A stretch of 63,441 nt of DNA, filler included, from Chiloscyllium plagiosum (Eukaryota), in assembly GCF_004010195.1 (NCBI RefSeq). It is 3 parts of one record of this genome, joined end to end, with 100 filler letters (N's around TTAATTAATTAA, not from the genome) between each part and the next. Parts side by side here need not be neighbours in the genome. Positions count along the whole stretch, not along the records: positions 31,298 to 59,723 come from NC_057713.1; positions 59,824 to 63,441 come from NC_057713.1; 1 more part is not named here. One strand, given 5' to 3'. Both the position numbers and the translations under genes were made by a program. Under the pieces are notes generated by a model. The model was not told where the DNA came from and did no database searches. It saw only the letters and a program-made list of their open reading frames with translations. Shown piece by piece: positions 48,460 to 61,620 of this stretch (its first letter is position 1; the number at the start of each line of letters is the position of its first letter).

Positions 48460-50564
48460 GTGTGCTTCCAATTAAACCTGTTGGACTATAACCTGGTGTT
48501 GTGTGATTTTTAACTTTGTACACCCCAGTCCAACACCGGCATCTCTGAATCATAACAGTCAACATAGTTATACTAACTGAATCATACCTAACGATATGCT
48601 AGACCACACCATTACCAACCTTGTGCATGTCCTGTCCCACTGATAGACCCAGAAGAGGTCTTGGCATTAACCAGAAACTGAACTATACTATCTATATCAA
48701 TATAGTAGCTACGAGGGTGGATCAAAAGCTAGGAATCCTGCAGTGAGTAATTCACTACCTGATTCCCAAAGTCTGTCCACCATCTTCAAGGCACAAATCA
48801 GACATGCAATGAAATACTCCTCACTTGCCTGAATCAGTGCAGCTCTAACAACACTCAAGAAGATTCAATAGATGCAGGACAGAGCAGGCTCAATTGTTTG
48901 GCACCACATCACAATCACTCATTCCCTCTATCACCAATGTTCAATAGCAGCAGTATGTACCATCTATCAAGACTATTGGAGAGCACTTTCTAAGCCCACG
49001 ACCATGACCATCTCAGAGGACAATGGCAGAAGACAGGGCAACGCCAAGCCATTCACTATCCTAACCCTGAACTGTATTGTCATTTTTTTTCACTATTGCA
49101 GAATCAAAATTCTAAAACCCATTCCATAACAGCTCTGTGGGTGTACCTACATCAAATGGACTGCAGCAGTCAAGAAGGCAGATCACCACCAATTTTTCCA
49201 AGGCATATAGAGATGGCAAATAAATGTTGGCCCAGCCAGTGATGCTCATATCTCTTGAATAAATAAAAGTACTCAGTTACAGGCTGGAATTGGCAGATAC
49301 TTTAGAGTTTTGTCACCTGTCCTGTCAGTCTATAATAAAAAGCAACACTGAGAAAGAGAGAGAGAGAACAAGAAAGACAGAGAGAGACATAAAAGAAATT
49401 AGAGAAAGTTGTCACGATAATGATCTAACAATTCTACAAGAACTACTAAACTAATACCACCTGTTTTACTAATGGTGCTTTAAGAAAGTACTTTTTAAAA
49501 TAAGCTTCTTTGGTGCCTGTTGAGAGAATCCCAGAGTATCTGGGCAGTTACCAGTTCTTTCCAGTTTGTCATTAGATCTTTGTACCATGTTGCATGCACC
49601 CATTCACCAGCATGTTATTTCTGTGCTCTATGCTAATAAATATCATATGTAGTGATAACATTGCTTTATTTTTGGAGCTGACGCTGTCTTTCTGAATTTA
49701 GGGTGGGAGGTCTGTACTAATGTTCTTGAGACTCTCAGGAGTGTGTTAATCTTTGTAGGATCCCAATTCTAACTCGAACTGCAGAAATATTTGAAAAAAA
49801 ATCATTGTGCAGATGTGAGTTGAAAGCAAGATTAGGCTCAGCTGTTTTGGCAACTGCTCTGAAAGGCTTGTTGAAACTCAATGTCAACGCTCAAAATACC
49901 ATCAGCACATTTGAGAGAGGAGTGGTGCAGTTAGCAAAGTTAATCTCAGCCTCTTTTGAATATCACTGTAATCAAACTGCTGTGCAGCTTTGTCTGTCAA
50001 AATTTAGCATCTCTTTGACATTTTCATTTAATAAAAGGGATAAATCCACTATCCAGAGTAACATTGACACATATCCAAAGCTGGGAGCTTCCACTTTGGA
50101 TTCACGGTCTATGTACAATTGCCTTTGCAATTTCTGAGTTTGTAGAAAGGGCAGCCCATAGTTTGTATTCATATATGGGAAGACCATTTCACCAAGTAGC
50201 AGCTGATAGCAGTCACATAAGCTCTTGCTGAGCTAAACTTAAATCATTTAGGTGCCCATTCAGTAGTCTGGACGGAGGCATTGAAGTAGGCCATTCAGTC
50301 TCTTATTTTGTTTCTCCTGGTTAAGTGAAATTTCACAGAACTGTTAAAGTGCAAAAGAGGTCATCATGTCACACTAGCTCTCCAAATGAGTAATTCACCT
50401 AACACCCTGCTTTCTCTCTGTAATCCTGCACATTCTTCTTCAGTTAACAGTGTAATTCAGGATCCTGGCAGCCTATTGCATGTAAAAAGGTTTTCCTTCA
50501 GTCAGTTCTGCTTCTTTTATCAATTACTTTAAATCTGTGCTGTCTCATTCTTGATTCTTTCACA

Positions 50565-52017
50565 ATTCTGTGTCTGTGCGCTTCCCTATACTTCACCTGA
50601 TGAAGGAGCTGTACTCCAAAAGTTTGAGATTCCAAAAAAACCTGTTGGACTATAATCTTGTGTCATGTGACTTCTGACTTTGTCCACCCCAGTCCCACAT
50701 CGGTACCCCCACATCATGGCTACCACAAACTGCCGGCTCAAAGTGGAGAGGATCTCCAAGAAGATTGTGCATATTGACACAGACATCAAGTTCCTGCAGA
50801 GATGCAAGAAAGCAGAGAAGATCCTGAAAAGACTACAGATCACAAACCCACTCAATTCAACCAACAAAAGAGACTTCACTGAGAGACTCTGCCATCGTAC
50901 CACTCACACACTCCTTAACCATCTCGTAAACCAGCTCTACAGCAGATGCTGTAACCTTGAAATTGAGATAGAATCCATATTCTCAGCTAGCACTCAGGAT
51001 ATAGCAAATCAGCTATGAGACACTGCCAAGCAGACAAAGCAATGGAACTACACCACCTACGAGCATACCAAGAGCAGGAAACTTGAGAAACTTGGCATCA
51101 CCACTAGCAGTAACCAAGCGTTCCCATATACTATGGCTGAAACTGGTACCACCACAGGGGAGTCCAGCATCAACTTACCTAACCGCAGCCTTCAACTAGA
51201 CAAAATCAAAATTCTCAGCCGTGGTCTTAATTTCTGCTCCACCACCAAAATGGAGCCCATTGGTCTCACTGCAGGCACAGAGGAATTCATCAGGTGAATG
51301 AGTCTCCAGGAATTCTTCCACAAACCCCAAGATATCAGTAACGAGTTCAATGAGACAACCAATGAACTGGAACAGTTGACAGAAAGATCCACAGTGCAGC
51401 AAACAAAGAAGAAAGTGTCAAATTGGACCCCTCACTTTTTCACACAGACGGTGGTACGTGTATGGAATGAGCTGCCAGAGGAAGTGGTGGAGGCTGGTAC
51501 AATTGCAACATTTAAGAGGCATTTGGATGGGTATATGAATAGGAAGGGTTTGGAGGGATATGGGCTGGGTGCTGGGTGCTGACACTAGATTGGGTTGGGA
51601 TATCTGGTCAGCATGGACGGGTTGGACCAAACGGTCTGTTTCCATGCTATACATCTCTATGACTCTATGACTCTATGACACTGCCCTTGACTCGACATGT
51701 ACACTCAAGCCATCAGTGGATGCATCAATGCCAGATTCATCAGCTGCACTCACAAGATAGCCCAGAATGTCACCCAAGTACAACACAATACCATCCGTGC
51801 TCTCAAAATCAACCACAACATCGCCGTCAAACCAGCAGACAAAGGAAGAGCCATTGTCAAATTCTGTGCCTGTGTGCTTCCCTCCACTTCACCAAACAAA
51901 GGAGCAGCATTTCAAAAGCTTGAGAAAACAAATAAACCTGTTTGTCTATAACCTGGTGTCGTGTGACCTCTGACTTTGTCTACCCCAGCCCAACACCAGC
52001 ACCTCCACATTATGGCT
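50565..52017 (+). mobile_element. Internally deleted PLE with direct pseudo-LTRs (50565-50720 and 51861-52017) and ORF N-terminus
   Basis: Both repeats begin aattctgtg.ctgtg.gcttccct and end ccacat.atggct. Degenerate hammerhead at 50597. ATG at 50716 starts MATTNCRLKVERISKKIVHIDTDIKFLQRCKK; later LSRGLNFC and IAVKPADKGRAIV. A CR1 3' fragment is inserted at about 51435-51675. Confidence 0.8.
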
Positions 52018-52432
52018 TTAGCAAGTGGGAACAATTTCTCCACATGTACACTGACCAGAGCCTTCATAATTTTAAATGGCTTTATCAAATCTTCTTTTAA
52101 CTTTCTCTACTTAAGAGAAAACAGATTGTAGAGATTAGGACTACCTTCATAACTGAAGCTCCTCTTCCCTGGAACCATTCTCATGAACCTTCTCTGCACT
52201 CTGTCCAACTCTTCACAAATGTCCTAAGGTTCATCACCCAGATCTAGATGCAATAGTTTAGCTGAGGCCGAACTAGTATTTTACGTAGAAGTTTGACATA
52301 ATCTCGTTACTTGTCCCCTGTGTCCCTGAAATGGACTTGCTCTGATTGTTTGGTTTGAGGACTGTGATTCATAACTTGCTCAGATCAGTAGGAATTGAGG
52401 TTGCCAGTACATGAGATTAGAATAGCTAGCCC

Positions 52433-55400
52433 AGGGATTCAAGATGGCGGTGACCCAGCAAGTCTGAGTCTACAGTGCTCCTCCCAAGACTTGGGAAAAG
52501 TGGGTCACCCGCCCCTACCACACTCACCAAATCATTTAAAATAGTTTTTATTTAATGTAATTACTTGCTCAGTACTGAATTTAAATAGTCTAGTCTCCTG
52601 TAAAAATGACTAAAGGGAAGGGTGCCCACACTTCTCAGCAGGCAGGAACCCTTCCCCCACCCTCCCCAGCTACAGCAGAGGCGTCCGCAGCCGCCCCGGG
52701 GGACTTCCCTACAGTGGCGAGCCTCGTGGAAATAATTTCCAAACTTGACGCGAAGATAGGCGCCTTCATCGAAGAGTCCCGGAGCAGATGAAATTCACTC
52801 TCGGCCGCGCTACAAAAGCACGACCGAGACATCGAAGAAATCGAATGTTGAGTCAGAGGGGCGGAGCTAAAGGCCGCGACCTCCGAGACTATAGCAGAAT
52901 CAGCCGTGGATCGGGTCCGGACTCTCGAACAGCGAGTCTGGATCTTAGAGAATCACATCGACGACCATCGAGGTCGTCGAAAAAATATTAGTTTGCTGGG
53001 CCTTCCCAAACGGGAAGAGGAAGATCAGCTTACAGTGTTCCTCGAGCAGTGGCTTCCACAGCTTTTAAATCTGGAGGCTGGATCGGGCCAGGTAAGGGTG
53101 GAATGGGCCTACTGGGTTGCAATACGCGGGCCCGGCTCGAACCAGCGCGACCGCCCAGTCCTGTTCCGGCTGCAGAGCTATAAGGAGAGGCAGATGCTCT
53201 TAGAAGCTTCCAGAAATCTTGGGAAAGATCCTCAAGCCATGATTTAAAAAGGATCCAAGATTATGTTATTCCAGGACTTTTCCCCAGTTTTGGTCGAAAA
53301 GAGGAAAGCGTTTGGCGAAGCGAAGAAGCGTTTAAGGAACTTAAACATTCAGTACTCTTTGCGCTACCCAGCAACGTTACGCTTTAGCCATGAAGGGTCC
53401 GTGTACAACTTCGGATCGCCGAAGAAGGCCAAGGAGTTTTTGGACTCTCTTAGATAAATTGTAAGAGATAATTGATGTTGTTTTGCCCTCCCCGGTTTAC
53501 CCCCTCCCTTTTTTTATCCCTTTCATTACCTTACTGTTTAATATTCTCTCTGGGGGGTGGGGAGAGGGGTTTATTTATTTGTTCTTCACTTAGCGATTTT
53601 CTCCCCCACCTTTTTTTATATATATATATACATAGGGCAGGGGGTCTAGTTAATGTAGGTGGGGGGAGGTGATTACCTTATCCTATTTTATTTCTGTCTT
53701 TAGGAGCAGGGTTGTTTTCCCCTGTTATTTTGTATTACTATATTTAATTATTATTTGTTGAGACTGTAATTTTATAGTTATATATGTTCATACATGGTAT
53801 TAACATTACCAAATATATCCAGGTGTTGGTGTGGGTGGGGAGGGGTAGGGTACTCACTGTTAACTCTAGCTCTGTAGTATATTTGAATTTTCGTTATCTT
53901 ATCATGGGGTGCCTCGGTCAAGGGTGGGGCACTGCTTGGGAGAGGATATGATGGGCTTTTGGAAAGGAATGGATACCTCCTGGGAACAAGAGGGAAAATC
54001 TCCATTTAAATACATTTTATATATTTTTTCTTTAGAAATAGTTTTTTCTTATATTGATGTGAGTGTGTTAAAGAGCCTTTGTTTTTGTGAATTTTATACG
54101 CTCTAAGCTTGGGATGTTTTGGATAGGGTTTCCCCTCCCGAGGAGTCTCGGACTTACCAGGACGATTATGGTTAATCAGTTGGTTAAATGTTGCACCTGG
54201 AAGGTCAAGGGGAGTAATTCACCAATCAAAAGGAAGAAAATATTATCAAACTTCAAGAAAGAAAGGGTTGATATAGCTCTCCTACAGGAGACACAATTGT
54301 TGGATAAAGAACACTTGAAATTACGACAGTGTGGATTTGGTCAGGCCTTCTTTTCTTCCTTCAGCTCAAAAAGCAGGGGAGTTGTTATCCTTGTTCGGAA
54401 GAATCTCCCTTTCAAAATCCTAAATCAGATAAAAGACCAATCTGGACGATATATTCTGATTAAAGCCCTTATAAATGGAGAGGAATATGGGATCTTAAAT
54501 CTGTATTGTCCACCAGCACATCCTTTTAAATTTATAATGGAAGCCTTCTCAAAATTGATGGCTCTTGGTGCTCGTCATACAATTATAGGGGGAGATTTTA
54601 ATTGTATTATGGATCCGGAAATAGATAGGATTCCCAAGAGTACTGCAGGAGTATCCCCCAGATCCAGACAATTGGTGGATTTGAACAAAGAATTAGGATT
54701 AGTAGATGTATGGAGATGTCTTCATCCACAGGGCAGAGATTTTTCTTTTTACTCCAATCCACATAAATGCCACACCAGAATTGATATGTTTTTGCCCCTT
54801 GATTTTTAAAAATTCCATATCATCCTGTAAAATAGGTAGTATAGCAATTTCTGATCATGCTGTTGTATATATGGAAATCAAGGCGAGGATCAATGAGACA
54901 TCCCCCCAGTATTGGCGTATGGATTCCTTCCTGATGAAAGATAGTAAATTTGTAAAGTACTTCTCTCAAGAATTCAAAACTGTTTTAGAAATTAATTCAG
55001 GTATGGTTAGCAACCCATCAATGATGTGGGAGACCATCAAAGTTTACGCGCGAGGTTTGATCATCTCATACTCAGTGACCCAGAAAAAATTAAAGGGAGA
55101 ACAACAGCGTCTGCTCAAAGCTCTCTTAAAATAGCTGAAACCACATATGCTGACAGACCTTCTATTATCAAATTACAAAGGATTACGGCCCTAAGGACAG
55201 CTCTAAACACCACGCTTACCCAAACGGCTAAGAGGGAAATATTGTTTACAAAACAAAGGTTATATGAATTTGGCGATAAACCTGGTAGACACTTAGCATT
55301 TCTCGTAAAGAAAAAAAAGGCCCCTCAAACTATCATGTCTCTCAAGGAAAGTACGGGTACTCTAACTCATGATCATAAAAGGATTAACGCTATCTTTAGA

Positions 55401-55484
55401 AAATTTTATTCTGATTTATATAAATCGCAGGATTGCAAAGATAGAGCTAGGAGGATGCAGTCATTTTTTGAAAATCTGACTTTT
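52433..55484 (+). mobile_element. L1-clade LINE copy 1 (5'UTR, disrupted ORF1 52606-53457, ORF2 from 54168, interrupted)
   Basis: ORF1 RRKNISLLGLP.REE, LFQDFS...KRKAF..LRYPATL. ORF2 APE motifs DIALLQET, IIGGDFN, ISDH. Confidence 0.9.
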
Positions 55485-58400
55485 GGGGGATCCAAGATGG
55501 CGGCGACCAAACAAGTCTGAGTCTACAGTGCTCCTCCCAAGACTTGGGCAAAGTGGGTCACCCACCCCCACCACACTCACCAAAACATTTAAAATAGCTG
55601 TTTAATTTAATTAGATGTTTAGTATTGAATTTAAACAATTTAATCTTCAGTAAAAATGACTAAAGGGAAGGGAGCCCACAGCTCTCACCAAGCAGGAACC
55701 CCTCCCCCATCCTCTCCAGCTGCAGCAGAGACGTCCGCAGCAGCCCCGGGGGACTTCCCTACGGTGGCGAGCCTCGTGGAAATAATCTCCAAACTGAAAG
55801 CGAAGATCGATGGGCCTCACTCTCAGCCGCACTGCAAAAGCACAACTGAGACATTAAGGAAATTGACCGCCAAGTCGGAGGGGCGGAGCTAAAGGCCGCG
55901 TCCTCTGAAACTACATCACAATCGGCCATGGATCGGGTCCGGACTCTCGAACAGTGAGTCTGGACCTTAGAAAACCACATTGACGACCTCGAGAATCAAG
56001 GTCGTCGAAAAAATATTCGTTTGCTGGGCCTTCCTGAACGGGAAGAGGAAGGCCAGCTTACAGCGTTTCTCGAGCAGTGGCTTTCACAGCTGTTAAATCT
56101 GGAGGCTGGATCAGGCCAGATAAGGGTGGAATGGGCCTACTGGGTCGCAATACGCGGGCCCGGCTCGAACCAGTGCCCCCGCCCAGTCCTGTTCCAGCTG
56201 CAGAGCTACAAGGAGAGGCAGATACTCCTAGAAGCCTCTAGAAATCTTGGAAAAGATCCCCAAGAATCCAAGATCATGTTATTCCAGGACTTTTCCCCAG
56301 CTCTGGTCTGAAAGAGGAAGGCATTCGATGAGGCAAAGAAGTGTTTAAGGGACTTAAATATTCAGTACTCCTAGCGCTACCCAGCGACGCTACGTTTTAA
56401 TCATGAAGGATCTGTGTATAGCTTCGGATTGCAGGAAAAGGCCAAGGAATGTTTGGACTCTCTTAGATAAATTGTAAGAGATAATTGATGTTGGTTTGCC
56501 TTCCCCCATAAGCCGGGGAGTTTAGTTAATGTTGGTGGGGGGAGGTGGTTACCTTAATCTATTTTACCTTTGTCACTAGGAGCGGGGTTGTTTTCCCTTG
56601 TTATTTTGTATTATTATATTTAATTATTACTTGTTGAGGTTGTAATTTTATAGTTATTTATGTTTATACATGGTATTAACATTACCAAATATATCCAGGT
56701 GTTGGTGTGGGTGGGGGGGTGAGGTAGGGTGCTCACTGTTAAATCAAGCTCTGTAGTATATTTGAATTTTCCTCATCCTATTGAGGAGCGCCTGGGTCAA
56801 GGGTGCGGCACTGGTTGGGAGAGGATACGATGGACCTTTAGAAAGGAAGTGATACCCCCTGGGAACAAGGAGGAAAATCTCCATTTAAATACGTTTTATA
56901 TTGTTTTTATTTAGAAATAGATTTTTATTATACTGTTGTGAGTGTATTAGAGAGCCTTTAATTTTGTGAATTTTATATGCTCTATGCTCGGGATGTTCTG
57001 GATAGGGTTTCCCCTCCCGAGGGGTCTCGGATTTGCCCGGACGATTATGGTTGATCAGTCGGTTAAGTGGTGCACCTGGAATGTCAAGGGGAGTAATTCA
57101 CCAGTCAAAAGGAAGAAACTATTATCAAATCTCAAGAAAGAAAGGCTTGATATAGCTCTCCTACAGGAGACACACTTATTGGATAAAGAACACTTGAAAT
57201 TACGACAGGGTGGATTTGATCAGGCCTTTTTTTCTTCTTTTAGCTCAAAAAGCAGGGGAGTTGTTATTCTTATTCGGAAGAATTTCCCTTTCAAAATCCT
57301 AAATCAGATAAAAGACGAATCTGGACGATATATTCTGATTAAAGCCCTTATAAATGGAGAGGAATATGGGATTTTAAATTTGTATTGCCCTCCGGCACAT
57401 CCTTTTAAATTTATAACGGAAGCCTTCTCAAAATTGATGGCTCTCAGTGCCCGTCATACAATTATAGGGGGAGACTTTAATTGTATTATGTATTCGGAAA
57501 TAGATAGGATTCCCAAGAGTACTGCTGAAGTATCTCCCAGATCCAGACAATTGGTGGATTTGAACAAAGAATCAGGACTAGTAGATGTATGGAGATGTCT
57601 TCATCCACAGGGCAGAGATTTTTCCTTTTACTCCAATCCACATGAATGTCATACCAGAATTGATATGTTTTTTGCCACTTCGAATTTTTTAAATTCCATA
57701 TCATCCTGTGAAATAGGTAGTATAGCAATTTCCGACCACGCTGCTGTACATATGGAAATCAAGGTGAGGAACAATGGGACATCCCCTCGGCATTGNNNNN
57801 NNNNNNNNNNNNNNNNNNNNNNNNNNNNNNNNNNNNNNNNNNNNNNTCTGCTCGAAGCTCGCTTAAAAGCAGCTGAAACAGCATACGCTGACAGACCTTC
57901 TATTATCAAATTGCAAAGGATTACGGCCCTTAGGACAGCTCTAAACATCACGCTTACCCAAACTGCTAAGAGGAAAATATTATTTGCAAAACAAAGGTTA
58001 TATGAATTTGGCGACAAACCTGGTAGATACTTAGCATTTCTTGCAAAGAAAATAAAGGCCCCTCAAACTATCACGTCTATCAAGGAAAGTACGGGTATTT
58101 TGACTCATGATCATAAAAGGATTAATGCAATCTTTAGAAAATTTTATTCTGATTTATATAAATCGCAGGACTAGGAGGATGTGAAGACAGGACTGGGAGG
58201 ATGCAATCATTTTTTAAAAATTTGACCTTTCCGGACCTAACTCTGGAACAGGTATCGGTCTTAAATGCTCCCCTAACAGTCCAAGAAATACTTGACGCAA
58301 TCAGGCAACTTCAGAGCAGTAAGGCACCTGGCCCAGATGGCTTTCAAGCTGAATTCTATAAAGAATTTATAGGAATATTGGCTGGTCCACTTATGGACAT

Positions 58401-59723
58401 GTATAACTATGCATACAGTCAGGGCTATCTCCTGCCTTCGTTGAAAGAGACAAATATCTCTCTTATCCTTAAAAAAGGAAAGGACCCAGAAGATTGCGCA
58501 TCATACAGACCAATATCCTTGCTAAATGTAATTTTAAAATCCTTTCTAAAACGTTAGCATTGAGAGTAGAAAGGGTATTGCCACATATCATAAAGGAGGA
58601 TCAGATGGGGTTTATTAAGGGCTGTAGATCATCCAATAACGTTAGAAGGGTTTCGAATGTGATTCAAGCCTGCCATCAGGGAAAGATACCAGGAGTAGTA
58701 GTCTCATTAGACGCGGAAAAGGATTTCGATAGGGTTGAATGGTCATATTTGTTTTACACATTAGAAAGGTTTGGCATTGGAAAGGTTTTTACCAAATGGG
58801 TCTCAACATTGTATAGTGACCCCAAAGCAGTTGTGGTTACCAATAGATTAGGCTCGGATAGCTTCAGTGTGGATAGGGGCCGCCGTCAGGGATGTCCTCT
58901 CTCGCCATTGCTATTTACGCTAATAATTGAGCCACTAGCAGAAGGTATACAGGCTGATCCTAATATAACGGCCCTGAGGATTGGTACAGGTAAACATAAA
59001 ATTACCCTTTATGCAGATGATGTTCTTCTATTTCTCAGTAATCTCCTGATGTCCATGCCTCGCTTAATCCACGTTATTAATACATTTAGTGCATTCTCAG
59101 GCTATAAAATTAATTTCTCAAAATCGGAGGCTATGCCAATGGGTGGCCTTGCTATGATACCCCACTTAGTGGACGGAACCCACTTTCCATTTCGATGGTC
59201 CCTGGAGGGTTTCTTATATTTAGGCATTTTTATTAATCCAGTATTTGGTCAGTTATACAAGGCTAACTTTGTGCATTTACTGGAAAGGGTAAGGCAGGAC
59301 CGCCAATGATGGGGAGACCTTCCAATTTCCTGGCTGGCTGGAATAGCACTAATTAAAATGAATGTCCTACCCCGTCTCCTACACCCTATGAGAATGCTTC
59401 CGGTGATGCTGCCGAGGCTGGCACTACGTAAATTATATGGCTGGTTGGGTTCCCTTTTCTGGAATCATAGACGGCCCCTCATTAAGCTGAAGAAGCTACA
59501 GCTTCCACAGGCAAGGGGAGGATTGGACTTCCCAGATTTTAGGAAATATCAATTAAGTTCCCTATTAAGTTACATAGCTGATTGGGTCTTGTCTGACCTG
59601 CAATCAATCTGGCTGGACATCGAGGCTTCTCAAGTAAAATGCCCACTTATTAACCTTTTGTTTTTAGACAAGAGGAAAATCATTATGGATCACTGTAAAA
59701 ACCCTATAATACTAAACACAATT
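55485..59723 (+). mobile_element. L1-clade LINE copy 2 (5'UTR, ORF1 about 55656-56470, ORF2 57047 to gap; disrupted)
   Basis: TWNVKG..LQETH, KAPGPDGF, SYRPISLLN, SLDAEKDFDRVEW, RQGCPLSPLLF, LYADD at 59010-59021. Confidence 0.92.
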
Positions 59724-59767
59724 NNNNNNNNNNNNNNNNNNNNNNNNNNNNNNNNNNNNNNNNNNNN

Positions 59768-59779
59768 TTAATTAATTAA
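59768..59779. other. Artificial scaffold linker within gap
   Basis: TTAATTAATTAA flanked by N runs. Confidence 0.9.
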
Positions 59780-59823
59780 NNNNNNNNNNNNNNNNNNNNN
59801 NNNNNNNNNNNNNNNNNNNNNNN

Positions 59824-60197
59824 GTGCTGGGCCTTTTCTCGTTGGAACGGCGAAGGATGAGGGGTGATTTGATAGAGGTTTATAAGATGATCAGAGGAAT
59901 AGATAGAGTAGACAGTCAGAAACTTTTTCCCCGGGTACAACAGAGTGTTACAAGGGGACATAAATTTAAGGTGAAGGGTGGAAAATATAGGGGAGATGTC
60001 AGGGGTGGGTTCTTTACCCAGAGAGTGGTGGGGGCATGGAATGCGCTGCCTGTGGGAGTGGTAGAGTCAGAATCTTTGGTGACCTTTAAGCGGCAATTGG
60101 ATAGGTACGTGGATGGGTGCTTAAGCTAGGACAAATGTTCGGCACAACATCGTGGGCCGAAGGGCCTGTTCTGTGCTGTATTGCTCTATGTTCTATG
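59824..60197 (+). mobile_element. CR1 3' end
   Basis: RRMRGDLIEVYK..FFTQRVV; ctatgttctatg tail. Confidence 0.88.
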
Positions 60198-61043
60198 TGT
60201 ACAAGTCCTGTCTGTCCCTTAACTCTATAGTAGGTGCTTGAAATCTTGAAATTGTTGTGGAACTTTGCCAAGGCCGAGTTGCATTAGTAAATAGTACAGA
60301 AAGAGACCATGAAGGCACCTTGTGCTGAAGAAATGGTCTATACATGTAAAGAAAAGCTGGAGGTTGGCACATCCATCCCATGAACTGTAATGAAGCTGAT
60401 GATGTAAGCTATCTGCTCTATTTCTGTGTTTCTATGCAACCTGGTTTCTCGATTTGGAAGAGGAAAATTGGAATTGCAATGTTAATATGGTGAGTTGAGG
60501 TATAAAGTAAACACAATGTTTGGACATGAGTTTCCTCTTATTTGATGGTGAAGTTCTGCATTCACTATCTAAGGTTTAAGAACTTCATCAGGAGAGGCTT
60601 TCTAAATGGTTAGGTATCTGACTTTTTGACTCTTATCCCATTAAGTAATCTCACTTATCATTCTCATCACCTCAGAGGAGAAAATACTAATAGCTGTAAG
60701 CAGGGGAAGGCATCCTGTATACTGTACCTTGTCTGCATAACTATCGTATTCCTATAGTTCTTTTCTAGGGTAAGCCTGAATCTAATTTGCTGTCTATTTT
60801 CTCTTAAATCTGTTACTTATATTATTTCACGCAAAAAGACTAAAAGCAGCAAATATATTAGAAAATAATAGGGAGATCATAGATCTTATAGAAGAGGAGA
60901 GATCATCCAGGATAAATCATACAGGATAGAAAAAAAATCAAAAAGTTGATTATTCATACTTGTCTTGAATATAGCATTTGTTTGTCTAAATATTTCTTAG
61001 CCTTTGAATTTTTATGCAAGCTTCCCATCAACCTATTGTTAAT

Positions 61044-61620
61044 TGTTATGGGCCAGACCAGATCCCCTCAAAATATTTAAGCAGGTAGCCCAGACCCTAA
61101 AACTTTTTCTTTTTAAGGCAAATATAAAGTACTGCGGTCCAGATGCAAGGCAATTGGTCAAACTACTTGATGTTAAGCAAATCATAATCTATTTAAACAT
61201 TATTGCTATAATACAATCAAAAAAACAGTAATTTAGAAAAACTTTAGTCTATTGGAAAACTTAACAGAATAATAGATAAAGTAACTATTACTAATAAATG
61301 TTCGACTGTAGTAACAACCAATAAACACACCCTTTGGCAAGAAAGGCAAATTCAGAGAAACAGTTTTTTGTCTCACAAGCAATCTAGCAGCCTAGGAAGA
61401 GAACCCTCGGACCCGTGCCCCCACCCTCAGCTTTTGGTTGTAACTGAAAGAAGAAAACATCGATTTCATTTCTTAAGTCCACAACCGCAAATGCTTAAAG
61501 CTAAACCTAAACACTAAAATAAAAAATAAATCCTGGTCTGTGAGAGTTGGCCACATCCAGGCTACTTCTATTGTTCCAACTTTTGGGAAAAAAACCCAAC
61601 ACCTCACAGGCTTGATGTCT
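61044..61620. mobile_element. Probable LTR fragment, truncated by a CR1
   Basis: Begins TGTTATG like the solo LTR at 8456; no second terminus visible. Confidence 0.35.

Larger units (their letters stand above)
46392..48554 (+). mobile_element. 5'-truncated Penelope-like element (Neptune-like) with inverted terminal repeat
   Basis: Arms 46392-46825 and 47937-48514. Direct repeat caacatagtta at 46385-46395 and 48560-48570. Encodes the RT thumb/linker and a GIY-YIG endonuclease. Confidence 0.92.

Noticed and set aside
49805..50187. 110-aa and 71-aa ORFs
   Set aside because: No recognisable homology or convincing splice sites.
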